Source of the DNA: Candidatus Zhuqueibacterota bacterium
GTDB lineage: Bacteria; Zhuqueibacterota; Zhuqueibacteria; Residuimicrobiales; JAFGEC01
Assembly (NCBI GenBank): GCA_016931775.1
Contig: JAFGEC010000512.1
Span: forward strand, 460 to 64,459
Reading direction: 5' to 3'
Length of the DNA stretch: 64,000 bases
In this document: positions 1 through 9,936 of the stretch, piece after piece
Numbering within the stretch: position 1 is the stretch's first letter
Layout of the letters: every line of letters begins with the position of its first letter
The notes under the pieces: generated by a model
Seen by the model: the letters and a program-made list of their open reading frames with translations, nothing else
What the model was told of the DNA's origin: nothing
Database searches by the model: none
Translations under genes and position numbers: made by a program

Positions 1-417
1 GGTCCTTTACGTGCGCAATTACAGCAGGGAAATTCGATTATCATCGGCGACCGTACAATTACACCCGCCGAAGTAATGGGGCCGGAACGGCCGGGACGAA
101 TAGTCACTTTTTGTACAGACACACGGCCGACGCCCAATGCAATCGAACTGGCGCGTAACGGCAATGTTCTCATTCACGACAGCACATTCGGGGACGACCA
201 CGCCGATTGGGCCGTCCAAACCTTTCACAGTACCAGCCGCGAAGCGGGAGAGATTGCCCGGCAGTCGAATTGCCGGCAATTGCTGCTTTGGCATATCAGC
301 AACCGATATGATGAGGAACAGGAAAAAATACTGCTTCAACAAGCGCAAAACGTATTCCCGAATACGATGCTCGGCAGAGATTTCCTGGAAATTCAAATCC
401 ACCGCCAGAAATCTTAA
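1..417 (+). CDS. rnz: Ribonuclease Z (MBL-fold tRNA 3' endonuclease), C-terminal portion. The 5' end lies outside the window; frame 1 is open from nt 1.
   Basis: The translation ...IVTFCTDTRPTPNAIELARNGNVLIHDSTF...HSTSREAGEIARQSNCRQLLLWHISNRY matches the RNase Z C-terminal motifs (SGDTRP, HST..EA, LLTHFSQRY-like). There is no stop between nt 1 and the annotated ORF at 76. Confidence 0.7.
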   Translation, partial: GPLRAQLQQGNSIIIGDRTITPAEVMGPERPGRIVTFCTDTRPTPNAIELARNGNVLIHDSTFGDDHADWAVQTFHSTSREAGEIARQSNCRQLLLWHISNRYDEEQEKILLQQAQNVFPNTMLGRDFLEIQIHRQKS

Positions 418-435
418 AAACCGGATCAGGAAACT

Positions 436-1335
436 ATGAAAAGTCGTGCAATTATCGTGCTCTCTTTTGGACTGCTGGCAGTATCCGTTTCATCCGTTTT
501 TATTAAATTGTGCGACGCACCCTCCATGGTGATTGCTTTTTACCGGCTGAGCATTGCCGCACTGTTTTACTGGATTGTCGCCCGTGTAAAGGGCGGATCG
601 GTACTGAAAGCCTTTTCTCCGTTTCAATTACGATGGACCGTTATCTCCGGGCTTTTCCTTGGCTTTCATTTTATCACCTGGATTGCCTCACTCAAGTATA
701 CATCAGTGGCCAGTTCGGTTTTTTTGGTACAAACTGCGCCGATTTTTGTCGCACTCGGCGGCTATTATTTTTTAAATGAACCTTTTAACCGGTTAAAAAT
801 TGCGGGTATTTTTATTGCCATCACCGGCAGTGTTTTTATCAGCATTTTTGAAATCAATTTTAAAAGTGGATCGATGTGGGGTAATTTGTTAGCGGTCGGG
901 GGAGCAGCCGGAGTCTCAGGTTATCTGCTTATCGGTAACAGAATACGCCGCCATATGGACATTTTCCGGTATGTTGCTATTGTATATACAACAGCCGCCC
1001 TTTTTACTCTGTTATTTGTTTTCGGCGCCCGAGTACCGCTGTTCGCTTATCGCCCTTTTACTTTTCTGTTCTTGCTGGCTATCGCCGTATTCCCGCAGAT
1101 TATAGGTCACACAAGTTTCAATTGGGCATTGAAATATTTTAGTGCGACATCAGTCGCATTTATCATCCTGGGCGAACCGGTACTCGCTTCGATCCAGGCT
1201 TGGGTATTTTTAAAGGAAGTGATGTCACCGGGCAAAATAATCGGTGCAGTATTGCTATTATGCGGTGTCATCCTTGTCCTCTATGCAGAAAATACCCAAA
1301 AATCAATAAAAAGTGATTTAAATAACGCCAGTTAG
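436..1335 (+). CDS. EamA/DMT-superfamily transporter with 10 transmembrane helices
   Basis: The hydrophobicity pattern is two-fold repeated, typical of tandem EamA domains. An RBS-like GGAAA precedes the ATG. Confidence 0.75.
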   Translation: MKSRAIIVLSFGLLAVSVSSVFIKLCDAPSMVIAFYRLSIAALFYWIVARVKGGSVLKAFSPFQLRWTVISGLFLGFHFITWIASLKYTSVASSVFLVQTAPIFVALGGYYFLNEPFNRLKIAGIFIAITGSVFISIFEINFKSGSMWGNLLAVGGAAGVSGYLLIGNRIRRHMDIFRYVAIVYTTAALFTLLFVFGARVPLFAYRPFTFLFLLAIAVFPQIIGHTSFNWALKYFSATSVAFIILGEPVLASIQAWVFLKEVMSPGKIIGAVLLLCGVILVLYAENTQKSIKSDLNNAS

Positions 1336-1410
1336 AAATTTTACTGGAATTAAATCAGTTAATATTAGTAAATTATAAAAATATTTTTATAAATAAAAGG
1401 GCAAGTTTCC

Positions 1411-3366
1411 GTGAATATTATCTACAGTGGAAAAGCACATAAAAAACTGTTCGAGAAGGCGATTTCCAATGTCCCGCAATGGACATTCTATGCCATAGAT
1501 GATTATAAAAAACTTTTGTTAAATGATCCATCATACTCTGTGCTGGTTTTCGATACGGACAACAACGAAAAGGACAATGTCGCAACCAAATTGTTCAAGG
1601 ACAAGAAAAACGGACTGGCTGCCTCTCTTTATATCCTTTCTGCCAAAGAAAAACCGCCGGAAAATTATGATGACTTGGTCGATTATATGACGGTACCTTC
1701 GACTCCCTGGCAGATTGTCCTTGTACTCAAGAGATTGAATACGGTTCTAAAGTCAAAAAAATATATTGATGTGCTTGAAGGGAAACTGTCGCTGCAAAAT
1801 CAGGAACTCTACGAGTTGAATCAAATCGGAATTGCGCTTTCCGCGGAAAGAGATCCGGAAAAATTGCTGCAACTTATACTTCAAAAAGCCCGGGAGGTCA
1901 CATCGGCCGATGCGGGAAGTATTTATCTGGTTGAAAAAAATGAGTCGGTTGGTGCCGATGAGAACGAATATTGGCGTGACAAGCAATTGCGGTTTAAGCT
2001 GGCTCATAATGATTCAGTGGACGCCAGTTACAATGAATTTGTAATGCCGGTTGAGAAAAAGAGCATGGCGGGTTATACGGCATTGACCGGAGAGCCGTTG
2101 AATATTCGAGATGCCTATTCCATACCCGGAGACAGCGAATTTCAGCATAACAGCAGTTTTGATAAAAAAATGGGGTATCACACAAAATCAGTTCTCTGCA
2201 TTCCCATGAAAAGCCATCAGGGCGAAATCATCGGTGTACTGCAACTGATCAATAGAAAAAAGAACTGGAATGTAAAGCTGATTAATGAACCGGTCATTCG
2301 AAATCAGGTCATTAATTTTAATCAAAGGTGTGTGGACCTGGCTTCTTCGTTAGCCAGTCAGGCTGCAGTAAGTATTGAAAATATGCGGCTTTATGAAGAA
2401 ATTAAACGGTTGTTTGAAGGTTTCATCGTTGCATCCGTACATGCCATCGAACAACGTGATCCAACCACGTCCGGTCATTCGGAACGTGTTGCCGCGCTCA
2501 CCGTCGGACTTGCGGAAAAAGTCGACCATCTGGATACAGGTATCTATCAGAGAATAAAGTTTTCTCGTGATGATATTCAGCAGATAAAATATGCCGCTCT
2601 GTTGCACGATTTCGGAAAGATCGGCGTGCGGGAACGGGTGCTCGTTAAAGCCAAGAAATTATACCCCGAACAATTGACCACAATCGAATTCCGTTTTCAA
2701 TATCTTAAGCAGGCTCTTAAACTCGCTTATATTCAGGAAAAGATTAAAATATTGGAAAATAACGGCAAAACCCATACAGGATTTGATATTCTCGACAAAG
2801 AATATAATCTGAAATTGCAGGAACTCGATCAATATCTGGCTTTTATTCTTGAAGCCAACGAACCCAAGATTTTAGCGGAGGGTGGTGTGGAAAAATTGAG
2901 TGAGATCAGGGAAAAAACCCGGTTTCACGGAACGATTGATCAACCGCTTTTGACCGAGCAGGAAATACACTTTTTATCCATACCACGGGGCAGCTTGAGT
3001 CAAAACGAGCGTCAGGAAATTGAATCGCATGTTACGCATACATTTAATTTTTTAAGCAGGATTCCTTGGGCGTCGCATCTGAAGGCTGTACCTCAAATCG
3101 CTTACGCCCATCATGAAAAATTGGACGGCTCCGGGTACCCGCGCGGCCTTCAATCCCAGGATATCCCCCTTCCCGCAAAAATGATGACCATAGCCGATAT
3201 TTATGATGCGTTGACTGCATCCGATCGTCCTTATAAAAAAGCCGTACCAAAAGAAAAAGCACTTTCCATTTTGGAATTTGATGTCAAGAATGGTAAAATC
3301 GATCCCGTATTATTCGAGCTTTTTGTGGTCGGAAATGTGTATAATATTGTTCACGGCCAGCGATAA
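1411..3366 (+). CDS. GAF-domain HD-GYP phosphodiesterase (cyclic-di-GMP) with a degenerate N-terminal receiver-like domain; GTG start
   Basis: HD motif ...LLHDFGKIGV... and the HD-GYP signature HHEKLDGSGYPRGL are present. A central GAF-like region and an N-terminal CheY-like fold without the canonical acidic pocket are also present. Confidence 0.8.
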   Translation: MNIIYSGKAHKKLFEKAISNVPQWTFYAIDDYKKLLLNDPSYSVLVFDTDNNEKDNVATKLFKDKKNGLAASLYILSAKEKPPENYDDLVDYMTVPSTPWQIVLVLKRLNTVLKSKKYIDVLEGKLSLQNQELYELNQIGIALSAERDPEKLLQLILQKAREVTSADAGSIYLVEKNESVGADENEYWRDKQLRFKLAHNDSVDASYNEFVMPVEKKSMAGYTALTGEPLNIRDAYSIPGDSEFQHNSSFDKKMGYHTKSVLCIPMKSHQGEIIGVLQLINRKKNWNVKLINEPVIRNQVINFNQRCVDLASSLASQAAVSIENMRLYEEIKRLFEGFIVASVHAIEQRDPTTSGHSERVAALTVGLAEKVDHLDTGIYQRIKFSRDDIQQIKYAALLHDFGKIGVRERVLVKAKKLYPEQLTTIEFRFQYLKQALKLAYIQEKIKILENNGKTHTGFDILDKEYNLKLQELDQYLAFILEANEPKILAEGGVEKLSEIREKTRFHGTIDQPLLTEQEIHFLSIPRGSLSQNERQEIESHVTHTFNFLSRIPWASHLKAVPQIAYAHHEKLDGSGYPRGLQSQDIPLPAKMMTIADIYDALTASDRPYKKAVPKEKALSILEFDVKNGKIDPVLFELFVVGNVYNIVHGQR

Positions 3367-3437
3367 ATACCAATCGATGTATATTAATCATTAGATATGC
3401 TTATTCTGAATTTAATTTAAAAAAATACACAAATTTG

Positions 3438-3466
3438 TTGACATTATCGATCCGCATTGCTATATT
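3438..3466 (+). promoter_or_regulatory. Candidate sigma-70-type promoter (TTGACA, 17-nt spacer, TATATT) about 165 nt upstream of the 3630 ORF
   Basis: Exact TTGACA at 3438-3443 and TATATT at 3461-3466 with a 17-nt spacer. It lies in an AT-rich intergenic region. Confidence 0.35.
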
Positions 3467-3629
3467 TAACCATGTTGGGACGGGTAGCTGGACAACTTCA
3501 TTATTTTTATATACATGCCTTTGTGCTATTAATATAAATCATCTCGTTTACTTATATACTGTTCCTATTATTTTCAGTGGCCATTTGTATCTGTAAATTT
3601 TTCAGTATCATTATAACAGGAGTAGAAAC

Positions 3630-4142
3630 ATGACGAGTGCGTCTCCATCCGGTAACTCTGCCATAAGCAACCTTTTAAACAGTGTTGGCAACTATAATGG
3701 TTACGAGAATCAAGCACAAAGACAGAATTCAGATAAAAATATCCGGAATTATATGATTTCTAAAATCAAGGCACTTCTGGCTGCTTTGGATTCGGTCCCA
3801 GGGGCGACCGACGAGAAGGATCAGGAACGGCTGGATGATTTAACCACAAAGGCCAAGAGAAAACTGACAACCGTGTGCGAGAGTCTGAAGCGCCCCACTT
3901 ATGAGGGTTCAGTCTTTTTCAGCAAAGGTACCCTTCGTGAAAAAATGCTGGCCCGCCTTTATGATTTTGAAAATATGATGCTCGGTGAATTGGATGGCCT
4001 GGATGAGGAAATTTCAGCCATGAAAACCCTAATGGAGCGAAAGGTTTTTGAGGAAAATTTTCTGCACATCATGGACTTTGTGGATAACCTGAACCAGTCA
4101 CTCTTTGAAAGAGAAGCGGCGATTCTGGAAGTCGAACAATGA
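3630..4142 (+). CDS. Hypothetical protein (170 aa, predicted helical, acidic C-terminus)
   Basis: RBS AGGAG 8 nt upstream of the ATG. I do not recognise a family. Confidence 0.5.
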   Translation: MTSASPSGNSAISNLLNSVGNYNGYENQAQRQNSDKNIRNYMISKIKALLAALDSVPGATDEKDQERLDDLTTKAKRKLTTVCESLKRPTYEGSVFFSKGTLREKMLARLYDFENMMLGELDGLDEEISAMKTLMERKVFEENFLHIMDFVDNLNQSLFEREAAILEVEQ

Positions 4143-4176
4143 CTACTTTTTCCTGAAATAATGATCGGAAGGTGTT

Positions 4177-4590
4177 ATGACATTCCATACAGAATATTTA
4201 TGGTTCGATACACATCAACACAGAGAATTTATCAACATAACAGACAAGATAATCGGCATTGTCGAGCAGAGTGGCATCAAAGAGGGTATGGTGCTTGTCT
4301 CGGCTATGCATATAACCGCAGCCGTTTATGTAAATGATGCAGAATACGGCTTGTTGCAGGATATTGAGGAATGGCTGCAGAAAATGGCACCGGAGGGTCC
4401 TGATTATTTTCACCACAGAACCGGAGAGGTTAATGGTGATGCCCACCTTAAAAGTTTGCTGATGCATCATCAGATTATTTTACCGGTTACAAATGGCAGA
4501 CTCGATTTGGGACCGTGGCAGCAGGTATATTACGCCGAGTTTGACGGGCAAAGACGTAAAAGAGTTATCGTCAAGGTGATGGGGGAATAG
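4177..4590 (+). CDS. YjbQ/UPF0047 family protein (secondary thiamine-phosphate synthase-like)
   Basis: Full-length similarity to the YjbQ pattern (…[16 protein letters not shown]…HLKSLLMHH…LGPWQ…). RBS GGAAGG upstream. Confidence 0.8.
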   Translation: MTFHTEYLWFDTHQHREFINITDKIIGIVEQSGIKEGMVLVSAMHITAAVYVNDAEYGLLQDIEEWLQKMAPEGPDYFHHRTGEVNGDAHLKSLLMHHQIILPVTNGRLDLGPWQQVYYAEFDGQRRKRVIVKVMGE

Positions 4591-4595
4591 TAAAT

Positions 4596-5942
4596 TTAAT
4601 CCTGGTCATCGATACCGTATTGGCTCATCTTTCGATATAATGTCGCTTCACCAATTCCAAGTGCTTTTGCGGTTTGACCGCGATGGTACTTGTTTTTTTC
4701 CAGTTGATTCATGATAAAACACCGCTCAAAATCTTCAACAGCTGATTTTAAATTGGATATTTTTTTAATGGGTTGTTGGGGCACATCGTCACCGGTAAGA
4801 ATTTTCAGGCAAGTCCCATCTGAGAAAATCATGACCCTTTCAATATAATTTTCCAGTTCTCTTACCTCACCCTTCCACTCCCTTTGTTTCAGCAAATCCA
4901 TCAGCTCAGGATCGATGCGCGTAATTTTTTTATTCATCTGACGGTTGTATTTTTCGACAAAATGCCGTACCAGCAGGGGAATGTCCTCCCGCCGCTCCCG
5001 CAATGAGGGCAGGTGGATTTCAATCACATTCAACCGGTAATATAAATCCTCGCGGAACTTTTTCATCTGCACCATTTTCATCAATGATGTATTGGTTGCC
5101 GCCAAAATACGCACGTCTACTTTAATCGTGGTGGTGTCTCCCACAGGCAATATTTCCTTGCTTTCTATCGCGCGCAATAGTTTTGACTGGGCAGTAAACG
5201 GCATTTCACTGATTTCATCTAAAAACAGTGTGCCTCGCTGGGCGACTTTAAAAAGCCCCTCCTTATCCATTACGGCACCGGTAAAAGAACCCCGTTTGTG
5301 TCCGAATAACTCACTCTCAAACAGAGTTTCCGTAATGGCACCGCAATTAACGGCCATAAAGCGGCCCTTGCTGCGCGGACTGTTATAATGTATGGCCTTG
5401 GCGACCAGCTCCTTGCCTGTGCCGCTGTTACCGGTGATCAGTACATTGCTGTCACTGTCCGATACTTTTTTTATGGTATCAAATACATTTCGTATGGCCT
5501 TACTCTGACCGATGATGTTATTAAAATCATACTGGGCGTTGACTTCCTGGCGAAGTGCCTGATTTTCCACAACCAGCGTTTTGTGCTGCAGCAGTTTTTG
5601 TACCTTGATGACGACATCCTCAAAATTGAGGGGTTTGAGCAGATAGTCAAACGCCCCCTTGCGCAGCGCTTCGATGGCGGTTTCTACGGACGCAAATGCC
5701 GTGATAAAAATAAAGGATATACTGGATTGTATTTGACTGGCTTTTTCCAGCAATTCGAGGCCGTCTAAATTCGGCATTTCTATATCGCTTATGACAACAT
5801 CAAACTCATTACCACGAATAAATTCCAGAGCCTCCTCGCCATTCGATGCCTGGGTGCAGACATATCCTCGATTTGAAAACACGCTGGCCAGACTTTCGCG
5901 TGTAATGTCATCATCGTCGACAATGAGAATATGATGGGGCAT
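4596..5942 (-). CDS. Sigma-54-dependent response regulator (REC + AAA+ with GAFTGA-like loop + Fis-type HTH), NtrC family
   Basis: N-terminal LIVDDD, Walker A GNSGTGKE, GSFTGA loop, and a C-terminal HTH (AKALGIGEATLYRK). Confidence 0.9.
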   Translation of the reverse strand: MPHHILIVDDDDITRESLASVFSNRGYVCTQASNGEEALEFIRGNEFDVVISDIEMPNLDGLELLEKASQIQSSISFIFITAFASVETAIEALRKGAFDYLLKPLNFEDVVIKVQKLLQHKTLVVENQALRQEVNAQYDFNNIIGQSKAIRNVFDTIKKVSDSDSNVLITGNSGTGKELVAKAIHYNSPRSKGRFMAVNCGAITETLFESELFGHKRGSFTGAVMDKEGLFKVAQRGTLFLDEISEMPFTAQSKLLRAIESKEILPVGDTTTIKVDVRILAATNTSLMKMVQMKKFREDLYYRLNVIEIHLPSLRERREDIPLLVRHFVEKYNRQMNKKITRIDPELMDLLKQREWKGEVRELENYIERVMIFSDGTCLKILTGDDVPQQPIKKISNLKSAVEDFERCFIMNQLEKNKYHRGQTAKALGIGEATLYRKMSQYGIDDQD

Positions 5943-5945
5943 TTT

Positions 5946-7436
5946 TTAATCCTTTTTTATCGGCAAGGATATGGTGAATGTGGTTCCGACATCCGGCTCA
6001 CTCTCCACCTCAATTCGTCCGGAATAGTTTTTGACGATATTATAGCTCACCCACAAGCCCAATCCGGTTCCCTGACCTTTTTGCTTTGTAGTGAAAAAAG
6101 GTTCGAATATATGATTTATATCTTCCTTTGAAATGCCGTGTCCATTGTCCGTCACTGAAGAGTAGACATATCGCTCATCGGCCCACGTACGCAACTGCAG
6201 TTGCCCATCCTTGATTCCCTGCATGGCATCCGCTGCGTTCAGACAGATGTTGATAAATACTTGTAAAATCTGATCAAAACTGGTCACGACCTGCGGGATA
6301 TGCGGGTCCAAATGGGTAATTATCTGCTGGTATTTCAATCGTTTATCGTATTTAATAATGCGAATGACATGGTCGATTACCATATTTAAATAAACGTTTT
6401 CGATCTTATGTGCGGTGGGTTGCGAAAAATCCACCAGCGTTCTTACGGTTCGGGCGATCCGGTCTATATATTGCTGAATGAGTGCGGTTTTTTCTTTAAA
6501 ATACTCATCGGTTGCTTTGTCCTTTAACACTTGGGCCAGCGCTGAAATGGAATTGAGTGGCGATCCGACCTCGTGGGCAAATCCTGCAGCCAACGTTCCG
6601 ACCGCCGAAAGTTTTTCGGAATGCACCAGATGCTCGCGCAACCGTTCATGGTCGGTGATGTCATGAACGAGTACGGAAACACCAATCACCCCGCTTTCCG
6701 TTTCCATCAATGGCGCAATCTTGAAATCGATGATGCGGTTTCCTGCGTTTAAACTTTTGTGCTTAATGCCGTACAATTCCGCCGGTTGCCCGATTTCACT
6801 GGCTTGCTTCAGCGCGTGCAGAAAGGATTCCTCCTCCTGAAAGGCGGGAAATTTAACCAGGATATTTTCACCCAACACATCATGCGCCGAAATATGGTAC
6901 AAACTCTCCAGTCCGCGGCTCCAATGGATGAAATTGAGTTGTTTGTCGAGAATAAACAGACCGATGCCGGCAAAATCAATGGATAACAGGCCCTTTTCCA
7001 GAGCCGGAATAAAATCTTTCGGCAAGTTTTCAGCACCCCGGTCGCTTCCGGAGTCCAGTTCCTTTCCCACTGCTTTAATAAAAGGATCGTAGATATCGTT
7101 TATGTTGCTGAAAAGTTCCAGGCTGTCGATGGGTGATTTTGAAGTGCGCGCGATCGTTGCCAGCAGAATGTAACGGCTGATGAGCAACGCATTGACCAGA
7201 ATATCGGGCTGCCCTGACAGTTCGGTAAAATGATCCCGGACGATCTTGAAAACATGCTGAACGGCGGCATCAAGTTTTTGGTCGATGAGGTAAATATTGA
7301 GAGCAGTTAACAGCTGATGAACCAGATTCTTGATCCGGCCTTGTTCCCAATCGGGTAACAGTTTTGTCACCCGGGATTGCCAATCAGTTGAAATTTCTGA
7401 TTGACATTTTATCAAAAAAGTTTGTAATTCTTTCAC
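5946..7436 (-). CDS. PAS-domain sensor histidine kinase, cognate to the downstream NtrC-type regulator
   Basis: H-box AAGFAHEVGSPL and N/G-boxes (NAADAM, DNGHGI, GTGLGL). The 4-nt gap to the regulator gene suggests an operon. Confidence 0.85.
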   Translation of the reverse strand: MKELQTFLIKCQSEISTDWQSRVTKLLPDWEQGRIKNLVHQLLTALNIYLIDQKLDAAVQHVFKIVRDHFTELSGQPDILVNALLISRYILLATIARTSKSPIDSLELFSNINDIYDPFIKAVGKELDSGSDRGAENLPKDFIPALEKGLLSIDFAGIGLFILDKQLNFIHWSRGLESLYHISAHDVLGENILVKFPAFQEEESFLHALKQASEIGQPAELYGIKHKSLNAGNRIIDFKIAPLMETESGVIGVSVLVHDITDHERLREHLVHSEKLSAVGTLAAGFAHEVGSPLNSISALAQVLKDKATDEYFKEKTALIQQYIDRIARTVRTLVDFSQPTAHKIENVYLNMVIDHVIRIIKYDKRLKYQQIITHLDPHIPQVVTSFDQILQVFINICLNAADAMQGIKDGQLQLRTWADERYVYSSVTDNGHGISKEDINHIFEPFFTTKQKGQGTGLGLWVSYNIVKNYSGRIEVESEPDVGTTFTISLPIKKD

Positions 7437-7485
7437 ATCAGTTCGATCAATTTTTTATGGATGGCTGATTTTGCCGGTGCCCTGC

Positions 7486-7516
7486 GAAAAAGAAGGCCGG
7501 GCGATTTTATCCCGGC
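7486..7516 (-). terminator. Rho-independent terminator downstream of tkt (minus strand)
   Basis: Hairpin GCCGGG-ataaaatcg-CCCGGC followed on the minus strand by CTTCTTTTT. Confidence 0.5.
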
Positions 7517-7550
7517 ATCCAACCAAACATTTGGATAATGTTCTGTAAAG

Positions 7551-9563
7551 TTAAAGCAATTCCTGAGCGGTTGTGACAATATTGTTTATTGTAAAACCGT
7601 ATTTTTCAAACACGGTTTTTGCCGGAGCGCTTGCGCCGAATGTTGAAACAGCGATGATCGCGCCGTTGTCACCGACCCATTCACGCCAACCGAACGGAGA
7701 ACCGGCCTCAATGGCCACGCGGGCCTTAACCGAAGATGGCAAGACCTTTTCGCGATATGCCGCAGTCTGTTCCCGGAACAATTCCCAGCTGGGCATACTG
7801 ACAACACGTGTTCGAATACTTTTATCTGTCAGCACTTTTTGCGCCTCAAGTGCCAGCGTCACCTCTGAGCCCGTGGCAATGAGAATAAGATGTGGATCGC
7901 CGCCTTTTTCGGGAGATAAAATGTATGCCCCCTTGAGCAAACCGTCGGCATTTGTAAATGTACTTTGGTCGAGCACAGGTATTTTTTGCCGTGTAAGCGC
8001 GATCACCGTCGGTCCGTTACGGCGCTGCATAGCGGCACGCCACGCCCACGCCGTCTCGTTCGCATCGGCAGGCCGGATCACACACATATTGGGGATGATC
8101 CGTAGCGATGCCAGATGTTCCACCGGCTGGTGGGTCGGGCCGTCTTCCCCCACACCAATGGAATCGTGGGTCATCACGTAAATAACGGGCAGTTTCATCA
8201 GAGCCGCCAGACGAATCGCCGGACGTGCATAATCGGTAAAAACGAAAAACGTGCTGGCAAAAGACCGCAATCCGCCGTGCAAAACAAGGCCCGACGCAGC
8301 GGCGCACATGCCGAATTCCCTCACCCCCCATGCAATGTTTTTATTCTGATACGCGCCTTTGGCAAAATAACCGCTGTTTTTGATCAGCGTTTTGGTGGAC
8401 GGCGACAAATCGGCGCTACCGCCCACAAGCCAGGGTACATTTTTCGCAATCGCATTCAGTACCGACCCTCCGACACCGCGGGTTGCGGCGGCGCCGTCGT
8501 CGGGACTGAAAACGGGAATATCTCGATCCCATCCGGTGGGCAACTCGCCCGACAGACTGTTTTTGAGTTGTTCGGCCAACTGCGGATGGGCCTTTTCATA
8601 ACGGCTGAACAGGCCGTTCCATTCCGCCTCGCGCTTTTTACCCATTTCCACATATGTACGGATGTTTTCGGTCACGTCCTCAGGCACCCAGAATTTGGCA
8701 TCCTCCGGCCAGCCGTAGAACTTTTTCGTCAGTTTGATTTCGTCCTCACCCAGGGGGGCACCGTGTGCGGTCGAGGTATCCTGCAGATTCGGTGCTCCAT
8801 AGCCGATATGGGTGCGGATAATGATCATGGATGGCCTGTCGCTGTTCTGCTTTGCTTCCTTTACCGCCGCCGATATGGCCTGCAAATCGTTGGCTTTTTC
8901 ACCGATATTCAGTACGTGCCACCCGTAACTCTCGAACCGTTTCGCTGCATTATCGGAGTACGCCAGTTCCGTTTCGCCTTCGATGGTGATATGGTTGTCA
9001 TCGTAAAAACAGATCAGTTTGGCCAGTCCCAGGTGGCCCGCCAGTGACGAGGTTTCGTTGGAAACACCTTCCATCAAATCACCATCGCCGCAAAAAACGT
9101 AGGTATGGTGATCGATAATTTTAAAATCCGGTTTATTGTAAACAGCGGCCAGATGGGCCTCAGCGATAGCCATGCCCACGGCGGTTGCCAATCCCTGACC
9201 GAGGGGACCGGTGGTTGTCTCCACGCCGGGGGTCAGTCCGTTTTCCGGATGGCCGGGCGTCTTGCTTTCCCATTGGCGGAAATTTTTCAGGTCCTCAATC
9301 GTCAAGTTGTATCCGAACAGATGAAGAACGGCATATTGCAGCATGGAGGCATGGCCGTTGGAAAGGACAAACCGGTCCCGGTCGAACCATTTTGGATTTT
9401 TGGGATTGTATTTCAAAAATTCCGACCACAGGACATAAGCCAGGGGAGCCAGCGCCATAGGCGTTCCCGGGTGTCCCGAATTCGCCTTCTGTACCCCATC
9501 CATCGATAGCGTTCTTATGGCATTGATTGTTTTTTCTTCAAGTGACATATCGGTTATTTTCAT
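7551..9563 (-). CDS. tkt: Transketolase
   Basis: 670 aa with the N-terminal ...RTLSMDGVQKANSGHPGTPMALAP... thiamine-diphosphate motif and the full-length transketolase domain order. Confidence 0.95.
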   Translation of the reverse strand: MKITDMSLEEKTINAIRTLSMDGVQKANSGHPGTPMALAPLAYVLWSEFLKYNPKNPKWFDRDRFVLSNGHASMLQYAVLHLFGYNLTIEDLKNFRQWESKTPGHPENGLTPGVETTTGPLGQGLATAVGMAIAEAHLAAVYNKPDFKIIDHHTYVFCGDGDLMEGVSNETSSLAGHLGLAKLICFYDDNHITIEGETELAYSDNAAKRFESYGWHVLNIGEKANDLQAISAAVKEAKQNSDRPSMIIIRTHIGYGAPNLQDTSTAHGAPLGEDEIKLTKKFYGWPEDAKFWVPEDVTENIRTYVEMGKKREAEWNGLFSRYEKAHPQLAEQLKNSLSGELPTGWDRDIPVFSPDDGAAATRGVGGSVLNAIAKNVPWLVGGSADLSPSTKTLIKNSGYFAKGAYQNKNIAWGVREFGMCAAASGLVLHGGLRSFASTFFVFTDYARPAIRLAALMKLPVIYVMTHDSIGVGEDGPTHQPVEHLASLRIIPNMCVIRPADANETAWAWRAAMQRRNGPTVIALTRQKIPVLDQSTFTNADGLLKGAYILSPEKGGDPHLILIATGSEVTLALEAQKVLTDKSIRTRVVSMPSWELFREQTAAYREKVLPSSVKARVAIEAGSPFGWREWVGDNGAIIAVSTFGASAPAKTVFEKYGFTINNIVTTAQELL

Positions 9564-9936
9564 TTGGGCCTCATGTATTTTTTAAATTTTATATTTTTTG
9601 AATTAAAAACGAATAATAAAGTAATAAATTTATGGAAAAGATCAAAGAATTAATATTTTTGGGGCGGCTCCGGGTGCGTTTCTGACAATAATTATGGTTT
9701 GACGGTAAAGCGCAATGCGGAGTAGTCCACCTGTCGTCATAAACGACATCGGACCTCACAAATTTGAAGAATCATACAATGTTTTAATCTTACCGACTAT
9801 TTATGTTTTCATGTTATTTCCGTGCCTTCAGTGATTCTTAAAAAAATAACCCGGAAATAAATCTTTGAAAAGAGTGTTTAGTTTAGTAAATTATCGACTC
9901 GATGATCGAGTATATCAATTAAAAGGGATCGACTCA

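Noticed and set aside
8115-9047. 310-aa plus-strand ORF, and several 60-200-aa ORFs, antisense to tkt. Similar long antisense ORFs lie opposite rtcB (12881-13290), the T9SS cargo gene (13506-14426), lysS (34121-34702), the ASST-like gene (38467-39654), the beta-helix gene (41440-42274) and the M28 gene (48070-50499).
   Set aside because: They lie entirely inside well-supported genes on the other strand. They have no RBS and are rich in Arg, Gly and Pro as expected for antisense translation of coding DNA, so they are artefactual.
9564-9936. GC-richer patch (GGGGCGGCTCCGGGTGCG...GACGGTAAAGCGCAATGCGGAG...) in the divergent tkt/gpmI intergenic region, considered as a possible ncRNA or riboswitch
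   Set aside because: I could not fold it into any recognisable Rfam-type structure, and no terminator or anti-terminator pairing was apparent. It is probably divergent promoter DNA and needs a covariance-model scan.
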